A DNA stretch of 63,623 nucleotides, filler included, from Hausera hauseri (lineage: Eukaryota), in the NCBI GenBank assembly GCA_046269625.1. It is 11 parts of 11 records of this genome, joined end to end, with 100 filler letters (N's around TTAATTAATTAA, not from the genome) between each part and the next. Parts side by side here need not be neighbours in the genome. Positions count along the whole stretch, not along the records: positions 8,009 to 14,848 come from JBJURY010060107.1; positions 14,949 to 19,466 come from JBJURY010544676.1; positions 19,567 to 23,839 come from JBJURY010664663.1; positions 23,940 to 31,284 come from JBJURY010020564.1; 7 more parts are not named here. One strand, 5' to 3'. The position numbers were made by a program, and so were the translations under genes. Shown here piece by piece: positions 12,355 through 25,620 of the stretch (its first letter is position 1; each line of letters begins with the position of its first letter). The notes under the pieces are model-generated. The model saw only the letters and a program-made list of their open reading frames with translations. It was not told where the DNA came from and did not search any database.

Positions 12355-13980
12355 CCATTTTCTGAATGTTCATATTTAAAGGTTAATAGCTTTGGAAACA
12401 TTGTAAATATTGCGATGCAAATAGGGTCATTCGATTCGCATGAAAGAGTGTACTACAGGGTTACAATTCCGTTTAAATAGAATTTATGCAAGCAAAGTTA
12501 CAGAGTGCCGAAGTTGAGTATGACAAAACGTGTTTATTTCATTTTCTGAATGTTCATGTTTAAAGGTTAATAACCTTGGAAACTTTGTGAACATTTCGGG
12601 GCAAATGGCGTCATTTGATTCGCAGGAATGTGCTTATCACAGTCGCGCAATTCAGTTGAAACAGAATTTATACGTGCAAAGTTACAGAGTGGCGCATTTG
12701 AGTATGACAAATGTGTTTATTTCACTTTCTGAATGTTCATGTTTAAAGGTTAATAAACTTGAATACTTTGCGAATATGGCGATGCAAATGGCGTCATTTG
12801 ACTCGAATAAAATGTTCATCACAGTCGCACAATTCAGTTTAAATACAATTTGTATATGCAAAGTGACATATTTCCGCATTTGAGTATGACAAATGTGTTT
12901 ATTTCATTTTCTGTATATTCTTGTTCAAAGGTTAATAACCTTGGATAATTTCCGAAGATAGCGATGTAAATGGCGTCATTCGATTCATATGAATGTGCTT
13001 ATCGCACCCGCACAATTCAGTTTAAATAGAATTTATACAAGCAAAGTTACAGAGTGCCGCATTTGAGTATGACAAAAAGGGTATATTTCATTTTCTGAAT
13101 GTTCAAGTTTAAAGGTTAATAACCTTGGATAATTTGCGATCATTTCGATTCAAAAGGCCTCATTCGATTTTAATGAAAGTGCTTATCACACGCGCGCAAT
13201 TCAGTTTAAATAGAATTTACATATGCAAAGTTCCAGAGTGCCGCATTTGAGTATGCCAAAACGTGTTTATTTCATTTTCTGAATTTTCATGTTTAAAGGT
13301 TAATAAACTTGAATACTTTGAGAATATGGCGATGGAAATGGTGTCCTTCGATTCGTATAGAAAGGTTTATCACACTGGCACAATTCAGTTTAAATAGAAT
13401 TTATACAAGCAAAGTTACAGTGTGCCGCATTTGGGTATGGCAAAATGTGTTTTTTACGTCTTCTGAATTTTTAGATTTAAAGTTTAATAGCTTTGGAAAC
13501 TTTGTGAGTATTTCGATGGTTATGGCGCCATTCCATTCGCACGAAAGTTTTTATCAAACTCGCACAATTCAGCTTAATTAGAATTTATACAAGAAAGTTA
13601 CAGAGTACCGCATTTGAGTGCGGCACAACGTGTTTATTTCATTTTTTGAATGTACATGCTTTAAGCTCCATAACTTTGGATCCATTGTAAATATTTCGAT
13701 GCGAATAGAGCTGTTCGATTCGGAGTAAGGGGCTTATTTGAGGCTTAGAATTCCGATTAAATTAGATTTGTACCAGCAAAGTTCCAGAGTGCCGCATTTG
13801 ACTATGAGAAAAAGTGTTTATTTCGTTTTCTGAATGTACATGTTTTAAGCTCCATAACTTTGGATCCATTGTGAATATTTCGATATCCATAGTATGCTTC
13901 GATTCGGATGAAAGAGCTTATTTGAGTCTTTAAATTTTTTTTAAATTGGATTTGTACCAGCACAATTTCAGGTTGCCTCA
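12355..13980. repeat. Tandem satellite, ~184-bp unit, 9 copies
   Basis: Anchor (c/t)tg of ttttctgaatgttca recurs at 12362, 12546, 12729, 12911, 13095, 13279, 13463, 13646 and 13830. Confidence 0.95.
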
Positions 13981-14019
13981 TGCATTTTCTGACTTCGACC
14001 CACAAATCGATTAATTATG

Positions 14020-14848
14020 CTGCAATTGACTTCATACTTAAATTTGCCCAGCACTTTTTATTGGTAATTGAATAGTTTGGATGAATGGTAGGATAACCGC
14101 TAGTATCCACAGCATTTGCCATTGCTTTAAATTCTTCAAAAATATCCTATGTTTGAATTCTATACATTAACGAATCAGTGTCCATGTAGAGTAATTGCAA
14201 TCGGTCCAGACCAAATTTCGGTAACATAACGTCATAGTCAAATTCATACACGAGGATTTTATTTAAATCCAGAATGCACATCCCCACATAGATCGGTCTG
14301 TTGAATTCCAATCGGGTTTTCGCCAAATGAATGCCCACGAACCGTGGGTGAAAATTTTAAGGTTTAGAAAATTGCTTCGGGCAATAGGTTTTGGCTCATT
14401 TTCACTCAATCACCAATTCGATATTCTGCCCATTTCGAAAGTTTTCCATAGTTTTTCCAAATACCGCGTTATTGTACAGCTTAAATTAATCCTCTTCAAA
14501 CGCCTTTGTAGCTCTTGTTCTTAGATCCGTATTGAATTGTATATGAGACTGTAACCAAGGATACTGGCTGAATTGAATTGTCCGATGGATTTTCCGAATT
14601 TTAAGTCCGTGTCTGATATAGCCTGCTGCAGGTACTGATAATACACTACGTACCTTCTTCTATTACCCAAGTGTGGTGTTAATTTCTTCACTTTTCCATT
14701 TATACAATTTGGTGGTTTAATCGTTTCCGGTAGAAATGGTAGCTGATCATGCTCCGCATGTAGAGTCTCGGGGTAGTCAACATCTACTTCGAATATGTAC
14801 CCTGTGGATGCTGTGGGACTTATACTGAGAATATCACTATCCATGTTA
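14020..14848 (-). mobile_element. Polinton/Maverick-type protein-primed DNA polymerase B fragment (pseudogene)
   Basis: GYIFEVDVDYPETLH..HDQLPFLPE, KLYNNAVFGKTMEN, NRPIYVGMCILDL, LLYMDTDSL. Confidence 0.9.
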
Positions 14849-14948
14849 NNNNNNNNNNNNNNNNNNNNNNNNNNNNNNNNNNNNNNNNNNNNTTAATTAA
14901 TTAANNNNNNNNNNNNNNNNNNNNNNNNNNNNNNNNNNNNNNNNNNNN

Positions 14949-16253
14949 TCCGTTCTACGATTTTAGTACGCTTAGTATGACAATTTACGGCAACTAATCG
15001 AAATATCGCGATACATATTATAAGCACAAGAGTTGACAGACTTACGATCATTACTATGGATAATGTAGTCAACTTTTTGGATTTGGTAATCATTGTCTCA
15101 GTAGTGATTTCTTGTCTCGTATTTTTGTTTGCATGTGGTGCTATTTGTATTTCTCCTATTGTTTGTATTGTGAACGTCTGACTCTGAGCATCTTTTGCAT
15201 GCATTTGGATTATGTATTCTGCCTTGGGTACTAATGAGTTACATTCAGTTTGATATGAACCCCTCCATAAAGTTGTTTTCACACTTTTGTACATCGTACA
15301 ACAATGTATTTCGACATTATAGTTGAGCTTCTCTTCTACCGAAAATATAATTTTGCGCTGTTGCGCCCGAAATTTTACAGGAATTTTAGGTAATTTCTTT
15401 TCGTTCGTCTTGGTCGTAGTAAGCATAGTAGTAATGCTTACAGGAATGGTCCGTCTTGTCGTCGTTGTTTCAACCGAAATTATCCAGATTTTACTGTCTG
15501 GATAATATCTTCCTAAATAAATGCTCGATTTATTTATTTGAGTTCCATAGAGGTCGAAATGAATCCTATATTCATGACCTGCTGCAATTTTACAACAGAT
15601 TCTATGATCTGTGATTTTTAGACTACAATATTTAGGAATTAGACTTGACTCTTTTAATTTAGTAAATTGGACTAAGATCTCTTGTTTACTGGGCAATCTC
15701 CATTTCATGTCTCTTTGGATACATTTGTCGTTCTTATTAGCTGAAATATGGACTATATTTTCATTTAATACCCATTTGATGGGGTCCATCGATTGTACTA
15801 TATCATCGAGTTTCGTTATGTTAGCCCGTTCTTTAGATTGTATGACTAATTTTACTTGTGGTTTTATCACTCCTTGTGTGCGTTCGTAGTTTTTGTAGTA
15901 CATTCGTATAGTAAAGTTTTAAGTGTCTCCATAATTTATGACACAACATTTTTCTTGAGCTCATATGGAAAATCTCAATGGGTCATTACTCGTTTATTCG
16001 TGTTCCATAGAACTACTTGATATTTCACTGGTTCTCTGACGGGTCCGTCCGTCCTAAATAATACACAGTTTCGTCTTAAATCTATGCCTTGGACTTTCAA
16101 ACGATCTAAAGTGTTTAAATCGTTATTTTTTATTCTTATTAATTCATTTTTCATCCATTTATTTAGTTGTTGAATTAATCCTCCTTGAGCATTGGCTTTG
16201 TGAATATACGAAACTATGAAGGATAGTGCTAAGATTATCTGTAAGTAAGACAT
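14949..16253 (-). CDS. Post-integrase type-I membrane protein (signal peptide, Thr-rich linker, FN3-like domain, TM); decayed near 15900-15980
   Basis: MSYLQIILALSFIVSYIHKANA is in frame with the integrase. TTTTRRTIPVSITTMLTTTKT; CNSLVPKAEYIIQMHA; TM LSIVMIVSLSTLVLIICIAIF followed by a basic tail. Confidence 0.7.
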
Positions 16254-19200
16254 GGGTCTAGTAACTATAGACCAGTTTTTAACTTTTCTACTTTTCGGCT
16301 TCTGGTTTATTTCTGTATCCTTGTTACGTAGTTGGTATCGTTTCTCTGGTCTTATTTCTGTCTTTACCACTCGCTGTATTGACACGACTTCCTCTTTTCC
16401 ATTTTTATTAATATATACTGTGGTGGACGTTATCCTGACAAACTCGTAAGGTCCTCTTCCCGTACGTGTGAGCTTTAACGATGCGCCTTTCTTAGCTAAG
16501 GGGTAATGCAGATAAACCCAATCTCCGTTTCTTAAATCGTGTGGTTTCGTATTTTTGTCGTATTGCTTCTTAAATCCTTCTTGATATTCTAAGGATAGCG
16601 TCTTGTCTACTTCCCAACACTTTTGTAATCTGACTTGTAGAACTTCTACAAAATTTAGTTCTAGCTCTTTAATGTTTGCTCCATACGGAATCATTCCTAA
16701 GTCCGTGGATAACGCTGCTTCTCGTCCGTACATAATGAAGAACGGTGTAAAACCTGTCGCGGGGTGTGGTGTTGTATTGATGGCAAATTGTGCGCCTTCT
16801 ATAAATTCATCCGAATTTTTTTTATCTTTCGCGACTACATTTGACAATATTCGTATTACAGTAGCATTCATGCGCTCAACCATTCTATTACATTGGGAAT
16901 GGTAAGCTATTGTAGTTAACCTCTCGATTTCGAATATTTTTGTAATTTTGTCAAACAATTCACTGGTGAAATTTCTTCCTCGATCAGTTAATATTTGATT
17001 GGGCGGACCGTATATACAAATAATTTTTCTTACTACGGCTTCAGCTAATGTTTCTGCTTTCTGATCGTATAACTCTATTAACTCTACGAAGTGAGTTAAA
17101 TGATCGACGTATGTTAATATATATTTGTTATTTTTATGCGTCGTGGGCAGTGGTCCTACGATATCCATTGACATGGCCTGCATTGGCCTGTCCGGTACAG
17201 CTATCGGTTTCAATTCTGCTATATGATTTCGCATTTTCCTTTGCTTAGTTGCGCATACTTCGCAAGCGCTTACCTAATTTTTAACATCAATATATATACT
17301 AGGTCAATAGTATTTGTTTAACGCTCTATCTAACGTCTTCTTCCAAGACCAGTGCCCTGCTAAATACGAATCGTGTTCGGCCACTAAAACTTCGGTTCGC
17401 AGAATTTTGGGTATAACTACTAATTTTCTTCCTTTTCGTTCATAATACAAAACTTTTTCACTGTCCTTGTTCTCGGAGACACAATATTTATGTCCATGTC
17501 GTTGCAAATGTTTCCTCAACTGGTGTCATTTTGGCATTACGTCCGCTTCGGCATACTCAATGATTTGTTGGATGACTCGATCCTTCTTCTGTTCATATGA
17601 AATCTTAATTGCTCCGTCTGACGCTAAAGTTCGTTGTCTGTCAATTAATTCTTCAAGCGGATTTTTCCTCATTGTCATGATTGCACTTGTCTTTGTCTTC
17701 AACCTGGACAATGCATCTGCATCCACATGTTTTGCACCAGGTTTATATTGGAACTCGAAATTGCATCTTGATATTTCTTCAATCCATCTATTCAATCTAC
17801 ACGTATGGTTGTTTACTCGTCCTTTTAAAGTTGTAACTGCCTTATGATCGGTAACTATTATTATCTTTTGTCCACATACGTAAACGTTAAAATGCCTTAA
17901 GGCTTCTTTTACTGCTAACGTTTCTAACTCTGTCACCGAGTAATTTTTCTATGCTTTTTTCAGGGAGCCTCCTCCGTAAGCGATTGAATGTTTTAATTCT
18001 TCGTCTTCACGTTTCTGTGCCAACTCGTATCCGATACCTTCTTTACTTGCGTCTGTTTTAATAATAAACGGTAGGTTCAAATCAGGATATCTCAGTACTG
18101 GTCCGCTAGTTAATATCTTCATTTCATCGAATGCCTTTTGCTCAACGTCGGTCCATTTCCATTTTATTCCCTTTTTTAATAATCTGTATAATGGTGCGTT
18201 GATTTTTGAGTTATCTGGTACATAGGTAGCATAATATCCGCATAGACCTAACCAATGTCTCAGTTCTTTTTGGTTTTGTGGTTCCATACAGTCCGAAATT
18301 TTGTTCAATAATGACTTATCTAGTTTCGATCCTCCTTTGCCAACTATATGACCAAGGTAGGATACGGCATTTTAAGCCCATCCGCATTTCTTTGGGTTTA
18401 GTTTCAAACCGGCATGTTCTAATCTCATTAGTGTCCTCAATATCCTTCAGATGCTCTTTTTCGTCTTTTCATGCAATCAATACGTCATCTAAGTACGCAA
18501 ATGCATGTTCAAGTCCCATTAGCATCTTATTCGTCATTCTGGTGAATATGGCTGGTCCAGTGGTAATTCCAAACGGCATAACGTTAAATTCGTATACGCT
18601 ATCATAAGTTTTAAACGCAGTTTTATAACGATCCTCATCTTCAATCTCTACTTGCCAATATCCGTATTGTAAATCCACAGTATTAAACCATTTTACTCCT
18701 GAGAGTCTATCTAAAGCTTCTTTTACAGATGGTAGAGGAAAACAATCCTTCATCATAAGAGTATTCAACGCTCTATAATCGATACAAAATCAATGTTTTG
18801 TGGTTCCTTTCTTTTTGACCATTAGAATAGGTGAGTACCGTGATCTAAAACTTGGTCGAATTATATCGGCCTTTAACAAACGTTCTACCTCCTTGGTTAT
18901 CTGTGGTCGTAAATAATGCGGTGGCGGATATTATTTTGGCATTTTTTTCCTCCAGATCAATTTCATCATTAGAACTAAGCGTTACTTAAGAGGTATAGTT
19001 AATTTTAATGTCTTTGCTCGGCCAATGTCTTCTTCGTCTTTCGCAATAATTGATTTATATCGACATAATAATTCGTAAAACTGGTAATAAGCTTTTGGTG
19101 GAAATTTGGTGTCACCGTGCAGTGGAAATTCTGCGTACTTATATGGTTTATCTTCAACCGTTATTGCTGATACTTTGTAGGTATTCCCTATAGTAGTGTT

Positions 19201-19466
19201 AGCATATAACTTTACTGGAGTTTGAGCATTGTTCACTATTCTTACAGGTATTCGACTTAATGCTACTCGGGTCAATATATTGCACAGTATTATATTAGGG
19301 TTTAGCGTTTCTCTTGGCTCGAAATATACTGGTAAATCGTTGTCTTGACAGATTTGTGCAAATATCAACAATTCCGTTCTAAACGGAATGTTTTCATCTA
19401 CTGGAATCCAGACTTCTCCGGATTCTCTTTCTTTATTAACTTTAGTTCCTTTTATCGGTCCGAGCT
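16254..19466 (-). mobile_element. Ty3/Gypsy pol (family A): post-protease spacer, RT, RNase H, integrase
   Basis: RT DLQYGYWQ, MPFG, AYLDDV; RNase H IKTDAS..GIG, ELETLAV, VTDHKA, HVDADALSR; integrase H.DS..GH..CEVC, MDIVGP, LTDRGRNF, VERMN, GPY. Multiple stops. Confidence 0.95.
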
Positions 19467-20389
19467 NNNNNNNNNNNNNNNNNNNNNNNNNNNNNNNNNN
19501 NNNNNNNNNNTTAATTAATTAANNNNNNNNNNNNNNNNNNNNNNNNNNNNNNNNNNNNNNNNNNNNGTAATTTTATGTTAAATTTATGTAGGTACCCGGG
19601 TAGTAAGTGAAGACAATTTTTGTTAAATATATGTAGGTAAGTGGGTGTTTTTATGTGACGTCAGCACATTATTGATAAGGGTAGATGAAGGTATCATCAG
19701 CACGTGGGTAACCACCCAGGTATATCGCATTATTATATGATTGTTTATACGTAATAGTATAAGGATTTTGTGAATTTGTAAGGGGTGGGTGCTTACATTG
19801 TGGTGTAGGGGAAGATCGTCCTACAGAAGATATCCAGGTGTTGGGTCTTCTGTGTGACAAAGGTCAAACGAAAAGGGAAGTAGCAACGAAATAGTTTCGT
19901 TACATCTCACTTTTGCCACGTGACTATTATCACGTGTTCGCTTTCATGTGATCTTCCTCTGGCTTTACCCACGTAACCGTGCATTCTCAACAACGTTACA
20001 CTGAGCAGCGCCGTTGAAGCTGCGAGAACTTCTCGCAAATATATAAGCCAATGGTAAAAATCTTCGAGTCACAAAATTACCAAGCTTTTTCACTAGATAA
20101 TTTCACCTTCAACCCTATGGTCAGTATTATAATTTTACAATAACAGTGCTACCCTTATCTCTTGATCGTAATTGCAATGTTATTACTTGAAAGCATTTAG
20201 TAGTAATTCCAGCCCATCAGGCATGTTCAGAATCAATGATTGAAGAGAAATATTACAATAATACAGATATATGCAAAAACGTCGGCAGCATATGATAAGG
20301 ACATCGAGGAATTTTACAGCAAACTGCAACAAAATTCCATAAATTAGGCATAGAAAACAGAAATCACAATTATGACTGATTTCAATTGC

Positions 20390-21065
20390 CGTCATTAAAA
20401 ACTTGCTGACATAAAAAGTTGCGACACAAAATATTGCTCACGTATAAGTTGCCAACACGAAAAAGTTACCAACATTGAAAAGGAAAAGGTTGCCGTCATC
20501 AAAAATTACCGACATGAAAAATTTGCCAATGTAAATGCTGCTAACACAAAAAAGTTGCAACCATTAAAAATTGCCAATACAATAAGGGTTGCCAACATGA
20601 AAATGTTGACAACATTTAAAAGTTGCCAAACTGAAAAAGTTGCCAATGTAAAAGTTGCAGACATAAAAAGTTGCCGCCATTAAAAATTGCCAACATGACA
20701 AAAAATTTACAACATGAAAATGTTGATGACATGAAAAATTTGCTGAACTGAACAAGTTGCCAACTTAAAAGTTGCAGACATGAAAAGTTGCCGCCATCAA
20801 AAATTGCCGACGTGAAAAAAGTTGAAAACGTAACAGTTGGAGATATGAAAAAAGTTGCCGACATGAAAAAAATTTGCCGACATGAAAAATTGTCGAAATA
20901 AAAAACGTTGCCAACCTAAAAGTTTCCATCACGAAAAGCACCAACATGATAATTTCCAGAGTAAACGTTGCTGTCATTAAAAATTGACAAGATGATCAGT
21001 TGATAACATGAAAATGTATCCACATGAACAGTTGCCAACAAGAACAAATTGGCCAACATGAAAAT
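20390..21065. repeat. ~20-21-bp minisatellite (aaaagttgccaacatg-type)
   Basis: About 30 degenerate copies of aaa(a/g)ttgcc(a/g)acatga. Confidence 0.9.
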
Positions 21066-21770
21066 GATAATGATGTAATACCAGATAACTTACCTATCAG
21101 CGATGATAACTACCCCTTCTTTTAACAATAGGATACATGATGATGATGACTAACCTAACAACTCTGATAACTTCCCCTTCCTTATACGACAGGTCACCTA
21201 ATGCTGATGACTAATAACCCAACAAAGTTGCTATCTTCTCCTTCCTCATACTACCGGGTACATAATGAAGACTAATATCCCAACAACAGGTCACCTGATG
21301 CTGATGACTAACACCCCTAACAGCAGGACACATGATGACGATGACTACCCTAACAACGCTGTTGTTTTACCCATTCTTAATATGCCAGGTCACCTGATGA
21401 TGACTAATACCCCTAGCAACGCTGCTATCTTCCTCTTCCTTGTACTGCCGGGCACATGATGATAATTAACATCCCTAACAACACTGTTAACCTCACTTTC
21501 CTTATACGATAGGTTATCTGATGCTGATGACTAATACCGCTAACAAAAGGACACATGATGATGATGACGACGGATAAACTAACAACTTTGTTATCTTCCC
21601 CTTCCTTATACGGCCTGGCACATGTTGAAGATTAATAACCCTAACAACAGGACACATTCTGATGACTAACATAAAAACATAAAATCTCCCCTCTTGCTTA
21701 AACGACATGGGACATGATGATGATGATTATCCCAAACAAGCTGCTATCTTCCCCTTCCTTATACACAGGT
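21066..21770. repeat. Degenerate ~30/60-bp tandem repeat (cacatgatgatgactaa..ctatcttccccttcctta)
   Basis: Recurring gatgatgac / ccctaacaac / cttccttata modules. Confidence 0.8.
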
Positions 21771-22119
21771 ACCAGCATAAAATTCATGTAAAAATCCATG
21801 TGACCCCTTCAATGTTAGCCTGCCTAAATGGTAATCTGATACCGCTCTATCAAGTTCTGGTGGGCGGCACTAACGTGGACTGCTCGTCTCTCTTTCTCCT
21901 ATCCGTATCTTTAAATTAATTAATTGATTATGATTCCATAAGAAAGAAAAACAACAATAATATGCTTCACATTATATTCAACCACCCCTACAAGACGCCT
22001 GATGATGATGGTGACTACAACGAAAGAAAAAGCACCAGTCTTCTATTTGTGAAACAACACACTTTGTTATGGAGGTGTCGGAAGGTCTTGGTCATTAATA
22101 GACCATCCCTTCCATTTCC

Positions 22120-22720
22120 AACCGGGCACATGATGACGATGATACCACTCAAAGAAACACGCCACAACCCCCGACAGGAAACAATCAAATGAGCTAACCC
22201 AGACCTCAACAAGCATGGGCTAGATGAGACCCATTCCCGAACCCTTCGGAATCAAAATCACCTGAGGGTCTAAGCCACTCAGCAACAACAAGATGCAATA
22301 CCTATGCGATCCAACCCCAGCACCCATGAACAAGACGTGACCTACTCCTAACTCTTGTGAAACAGTCACATGCGTATCTAACCCACACCTCAACTAGCAT
22401 GGGTAACGCCTATGCGGACAACAGAATACCCACTTCAAATACCCTTGGGCGAGACCCACCCCAGCACTATTGGGCAAGACGAAATCCACTCCCAACCCTT
22501 GGGAAACAAAGTTACGTGATGATCTAACCAACACCTCAGCAAGCATGGGCAATACCTATGCGGACAACAGAAGACACACCCCCAACACCCATGGACAAGA
22601 CAAACAACAGAAGACCAACCAGAACCCCTTGGGCAAAACAAGAATAGAAGCCACAACCATCATATTACATAATCAACAACCCACCCATCGATAACATAGA
22701 CAAGACCTACTCTTCCATTC
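22120..22720. repeat. Degenerate C/A-rich tandem repeat
   Basis: Recurring agcatggg..cctatgcggacaacagaa, acccttggg and caagac modules. Confidence 0.6.
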
Positions 22721-23939
22721 GAAGAAGAACCAGCCCCCGGATGTCTACTGTAGGACGAGCTACCCTTACACAACAATGCGAGCACCCACTCCTTACAAAT
22801 TCACAAAATACCTATACCATTACATAAAAATAATCATATGTTGTTGTTGTTTGATCTCCTCATTGCCGAGCGTCAGCTCTTCTGGGTGAGCCCTAAGTAA
22901 TAAGGGCTGTAGTCCTAAGAAAGACTCAGGAGTAGTTGTGTTGAGCATTTCTACTGTCCCAGTGGAGCCTAGTACGGTGGACTGGAGCCCTTCAGGTTTC
23001 AGTGCAATGCTTGGCCTCCGAGTGATCCACCTCTGAACTGGAGACAATGATGATCCTTCCAATGTAAGCCAGAATTGTTTTTGTTTCCAGGACGCACTAC
23101 TAAAAGTGTAGAAAGGTCTTGGCCAGTATGTTAGTTCCCGGCCCTGACAAGAGATCGCGAAGGGATCTTAGTTTCAGCGTCCCAAACAATAATATAACAT
23201 GTCGATATGCCTGGGAATCCACCAACCTGCTAATGACACCTACGCCTATCCTTATCAAGGCTTCACCCACTCGACTTATTGGAACAAAAATATGCTGACG
23301 TTACATAAAAAAAACCATTTGTCTACATAAATTGTCTCCCCTAGTTGTCTCCCCTTACTATTCGGGTACCCTCCTACGTCACAATATATAAAAATACCTT
23401 TACTATTACATAAATTTAACACAAAAACAAAAACAAAATAAAATTATACAAAAGTTGTTTCCCCTTAGCTACCCGGGTGCCCTGCTTACGTTACAATAAA
23501 CACAAAACATCTTTACTATTACATAAATTTAACCAAGAAAAAAAAATTATACAAATGTTGTCTAACCATTACCTACCCGGGTACCCAACATGAGGACTGA
23601 CGTCATCCCTCCAGTCTCCCTCCAGGTTTTATGCTATATAATCCTTATAACTGCAGGCAAATCTGTTGGATTAATCACATACCCAACTACTATGATATAC
23701 ACCTTTTGTTTGTTTTAGACAGTCCACACGTTCATACAGCAACTGGCAGTGTTTATAATTTAAATGTGTGTAGGGGCAGGAGTGCATCACAATTCGTTGA
23801 GGCGTTGTGGTGGGGTATGATCCAAAAATGCGTGGAACANNNNNNNNNNNNNNNNNNNNNNNNNNNNNNNNNNNNNNNNNNNNTTAATTAATTAANNNNN
23901 NNNNNNNNNNNNNNNNNNNNNNNNNNNNNNNNNNNNNNN

Positions 23940-24960
23940 GAGACTTCTTCGAGAAGAAATTGATGCCAAAAGAATTCCAGAAAGGTGACAACGTGGAAAC
24001 CTTTATTGGAAAATGTAAGAGGTACTTCGTCTTCATAAAGATGTCCGAGTCGGATCGGGAAACTGCGGTCCAGTGCCTGTTGGCGGACAAAGAACAGGAA
24101 AAATACCAGCTGGTAAGTCAGAAGATGAAAGGTTACCAAAATCGGTTGAGAAGGGCCTTTGGAAAACCCATAACGCTGTGCGGAAATCTGCGGAAAGCAT
24201 TGGACTACAGACTAAATGGGATCGAACCGGCCGCCTACTTCAACAAAATCGAACATCTGGTGAAGGTCATCCTCAGCCACAAAATAACAGCGGAAACTCT
24301 AACTGAAGAACTGATGATCCACTGTTGTAACGATCCAGAGATGAGAAAAGAAATCTACCTCAGTGACGAAAAAAAAAGATAGAACAAATCAAAGCGAAAA
24401 TACAAAAAGTCCACGAAGTGGCAACAAGGACGAAAGAGATAAATACTGTCAGCGAATACAATAAAGATGGTCGACGGAGTTATCGGTATGTGGTAGGGCA
24501 CAAATTTGCCAAACCAAGACAGGAAAGAAGGGATTTCAAATTGCACAATACGCAGGCAAAGAGGATGATGAAATACTGGTCATGCCAGAAATACGGGCTT
24601 ACAAGCCGGACATGCAATCTTTAACAAGTACCAAGATGTTTTGGTTGCGGGAAAGAAGGATATATTAACAGAAATTGCCCGGGAAGAAAACCTATAATGT
24701 GCTATGGGTACGGTCAACAAGGGCACATAAGACAAAATTGCAGAAACATAAAATGCTATAGATGTCACAATAGAGAGCACAAGGAAGAAGAGTGCTACAC
24801 AAATTTAAACAAGAGCAGAGGAGGACAAAATACGTATACAGACAATTTCAAACGTGCGGGTTATGGTCAGAAAAGATATGGAGAGAGGGTGAACAGCAGG
24901 CACGCATACGTTGCAAATATTGCCGAGGACTATGAAGAATCCATCACAGAATCGACAAAC
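23940..24960 (+). mobile_element. Ty3/Gypsy gag pseudogene with ~4 CCHC zinc knuckles
   Basis: PKEFQKGDNVETFI; knuckles WSCQKYGLTSRTC, CFGCGKEGYINRNC, CYGYGQQGHIRQNC and CYRCHNREHKEEEC. Confidence 0.8.
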
Positions 24961-25620
24961 CCAATTAGTAAAATCCATAAACAGAATCCCTTTGTGGTTT
25001 CAAAAATGTTGTCAACATTAAGACCTTTTTGTGGCTTGTGGAAGACTCAAAATTTGGATGGCAGTCTCACCTGCACATTTCCATTTACTTGACTTTCTCT
25101 TACTTTCTGGTATATAAAGCGACAATGGTGTTTCATCCTCTGTAACTGCTTGTCAGAAATTGATCACCTTCATGTTCAAATTTGGTCAGATTGGCTTGAC
25201 AGCATTGTAGACGATTTTGGTACATCTCGTTAGTTAAAAAGTGGGGAACGAATCTAGATGATAGTTTTCGTATGCCTAAACACTTCATCGTGTTATAGAG
25301 AGAATCTTTGCTAACATTCAGCCTTGTTGTAAGCTCCCTTGTCGTAATCCGTCTCTCTGATTTGATAATTTTTTCCATTAACTCTTTTAAGCACTAATTT
25401 CGTGAGGATGACCTGGACTCTGATCAGCAAACACTGATTGGCCACCATGTTTGAAGTTGGAAATCCACCTGTAGATATTTCTAATAGCTGGACATTCATC
25501 TTTATACACTTCCTGTAATTCTTTGATTATTTCTTGATTGTTCAAATCGTTCAACACGCGAAATTTGATGACACTTCTCTATTCCACCTCTTCAATCATT
25601 TTTAATTTTACTGAATAATC
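24960..25620 (-). mobile_element. mariner transposase 5' fragment abutting/inserted at the gag end
   Basis: RSVIKF..EII.ELQEVY, RRITTREL, KLSSRFVPHFLT (WVPH motif), VTEDET. Confidence 0.85.

Larger units (their letters stand above)
19567..23590. repeat. ~4-kb non-coding composite repeat with imperfect terminal inverted repeats
   Basis: 19567-19700 (tacccgggtag, ttatgtgacgtcagcac) is inverted at 23250-23590 (tgctgacgttacataa, ctacccgggtaccc). Confidence 0.55.

Noticed and set aside
12355-13980. Possible CRISPR-like array
   Set aside because: Whole units repeat with no unique spacers; eukaryotic context and no cas genes.
10529-17847. Numerous 60-160 aa ORFs antisense to RT/integrase or inside satellites
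   Set aside because: Shadow frames of real coding regions or repeats, with no motifs.
21066-21770. CTGATGA repeats as hammerhead ribozymes
   Set aside because: No stem II or GAAA box; part of a (GAT)n-rich repeat.
22820-23200. Possible non-LTR element 3' end with a (CAA)n tail
   Set aside because: No convincing RT or endonuclease motif.
23940-24960. This gag as the missing gag of the G-bearing elements
   Set aside because: Separate contig with no overlap or sequence link.
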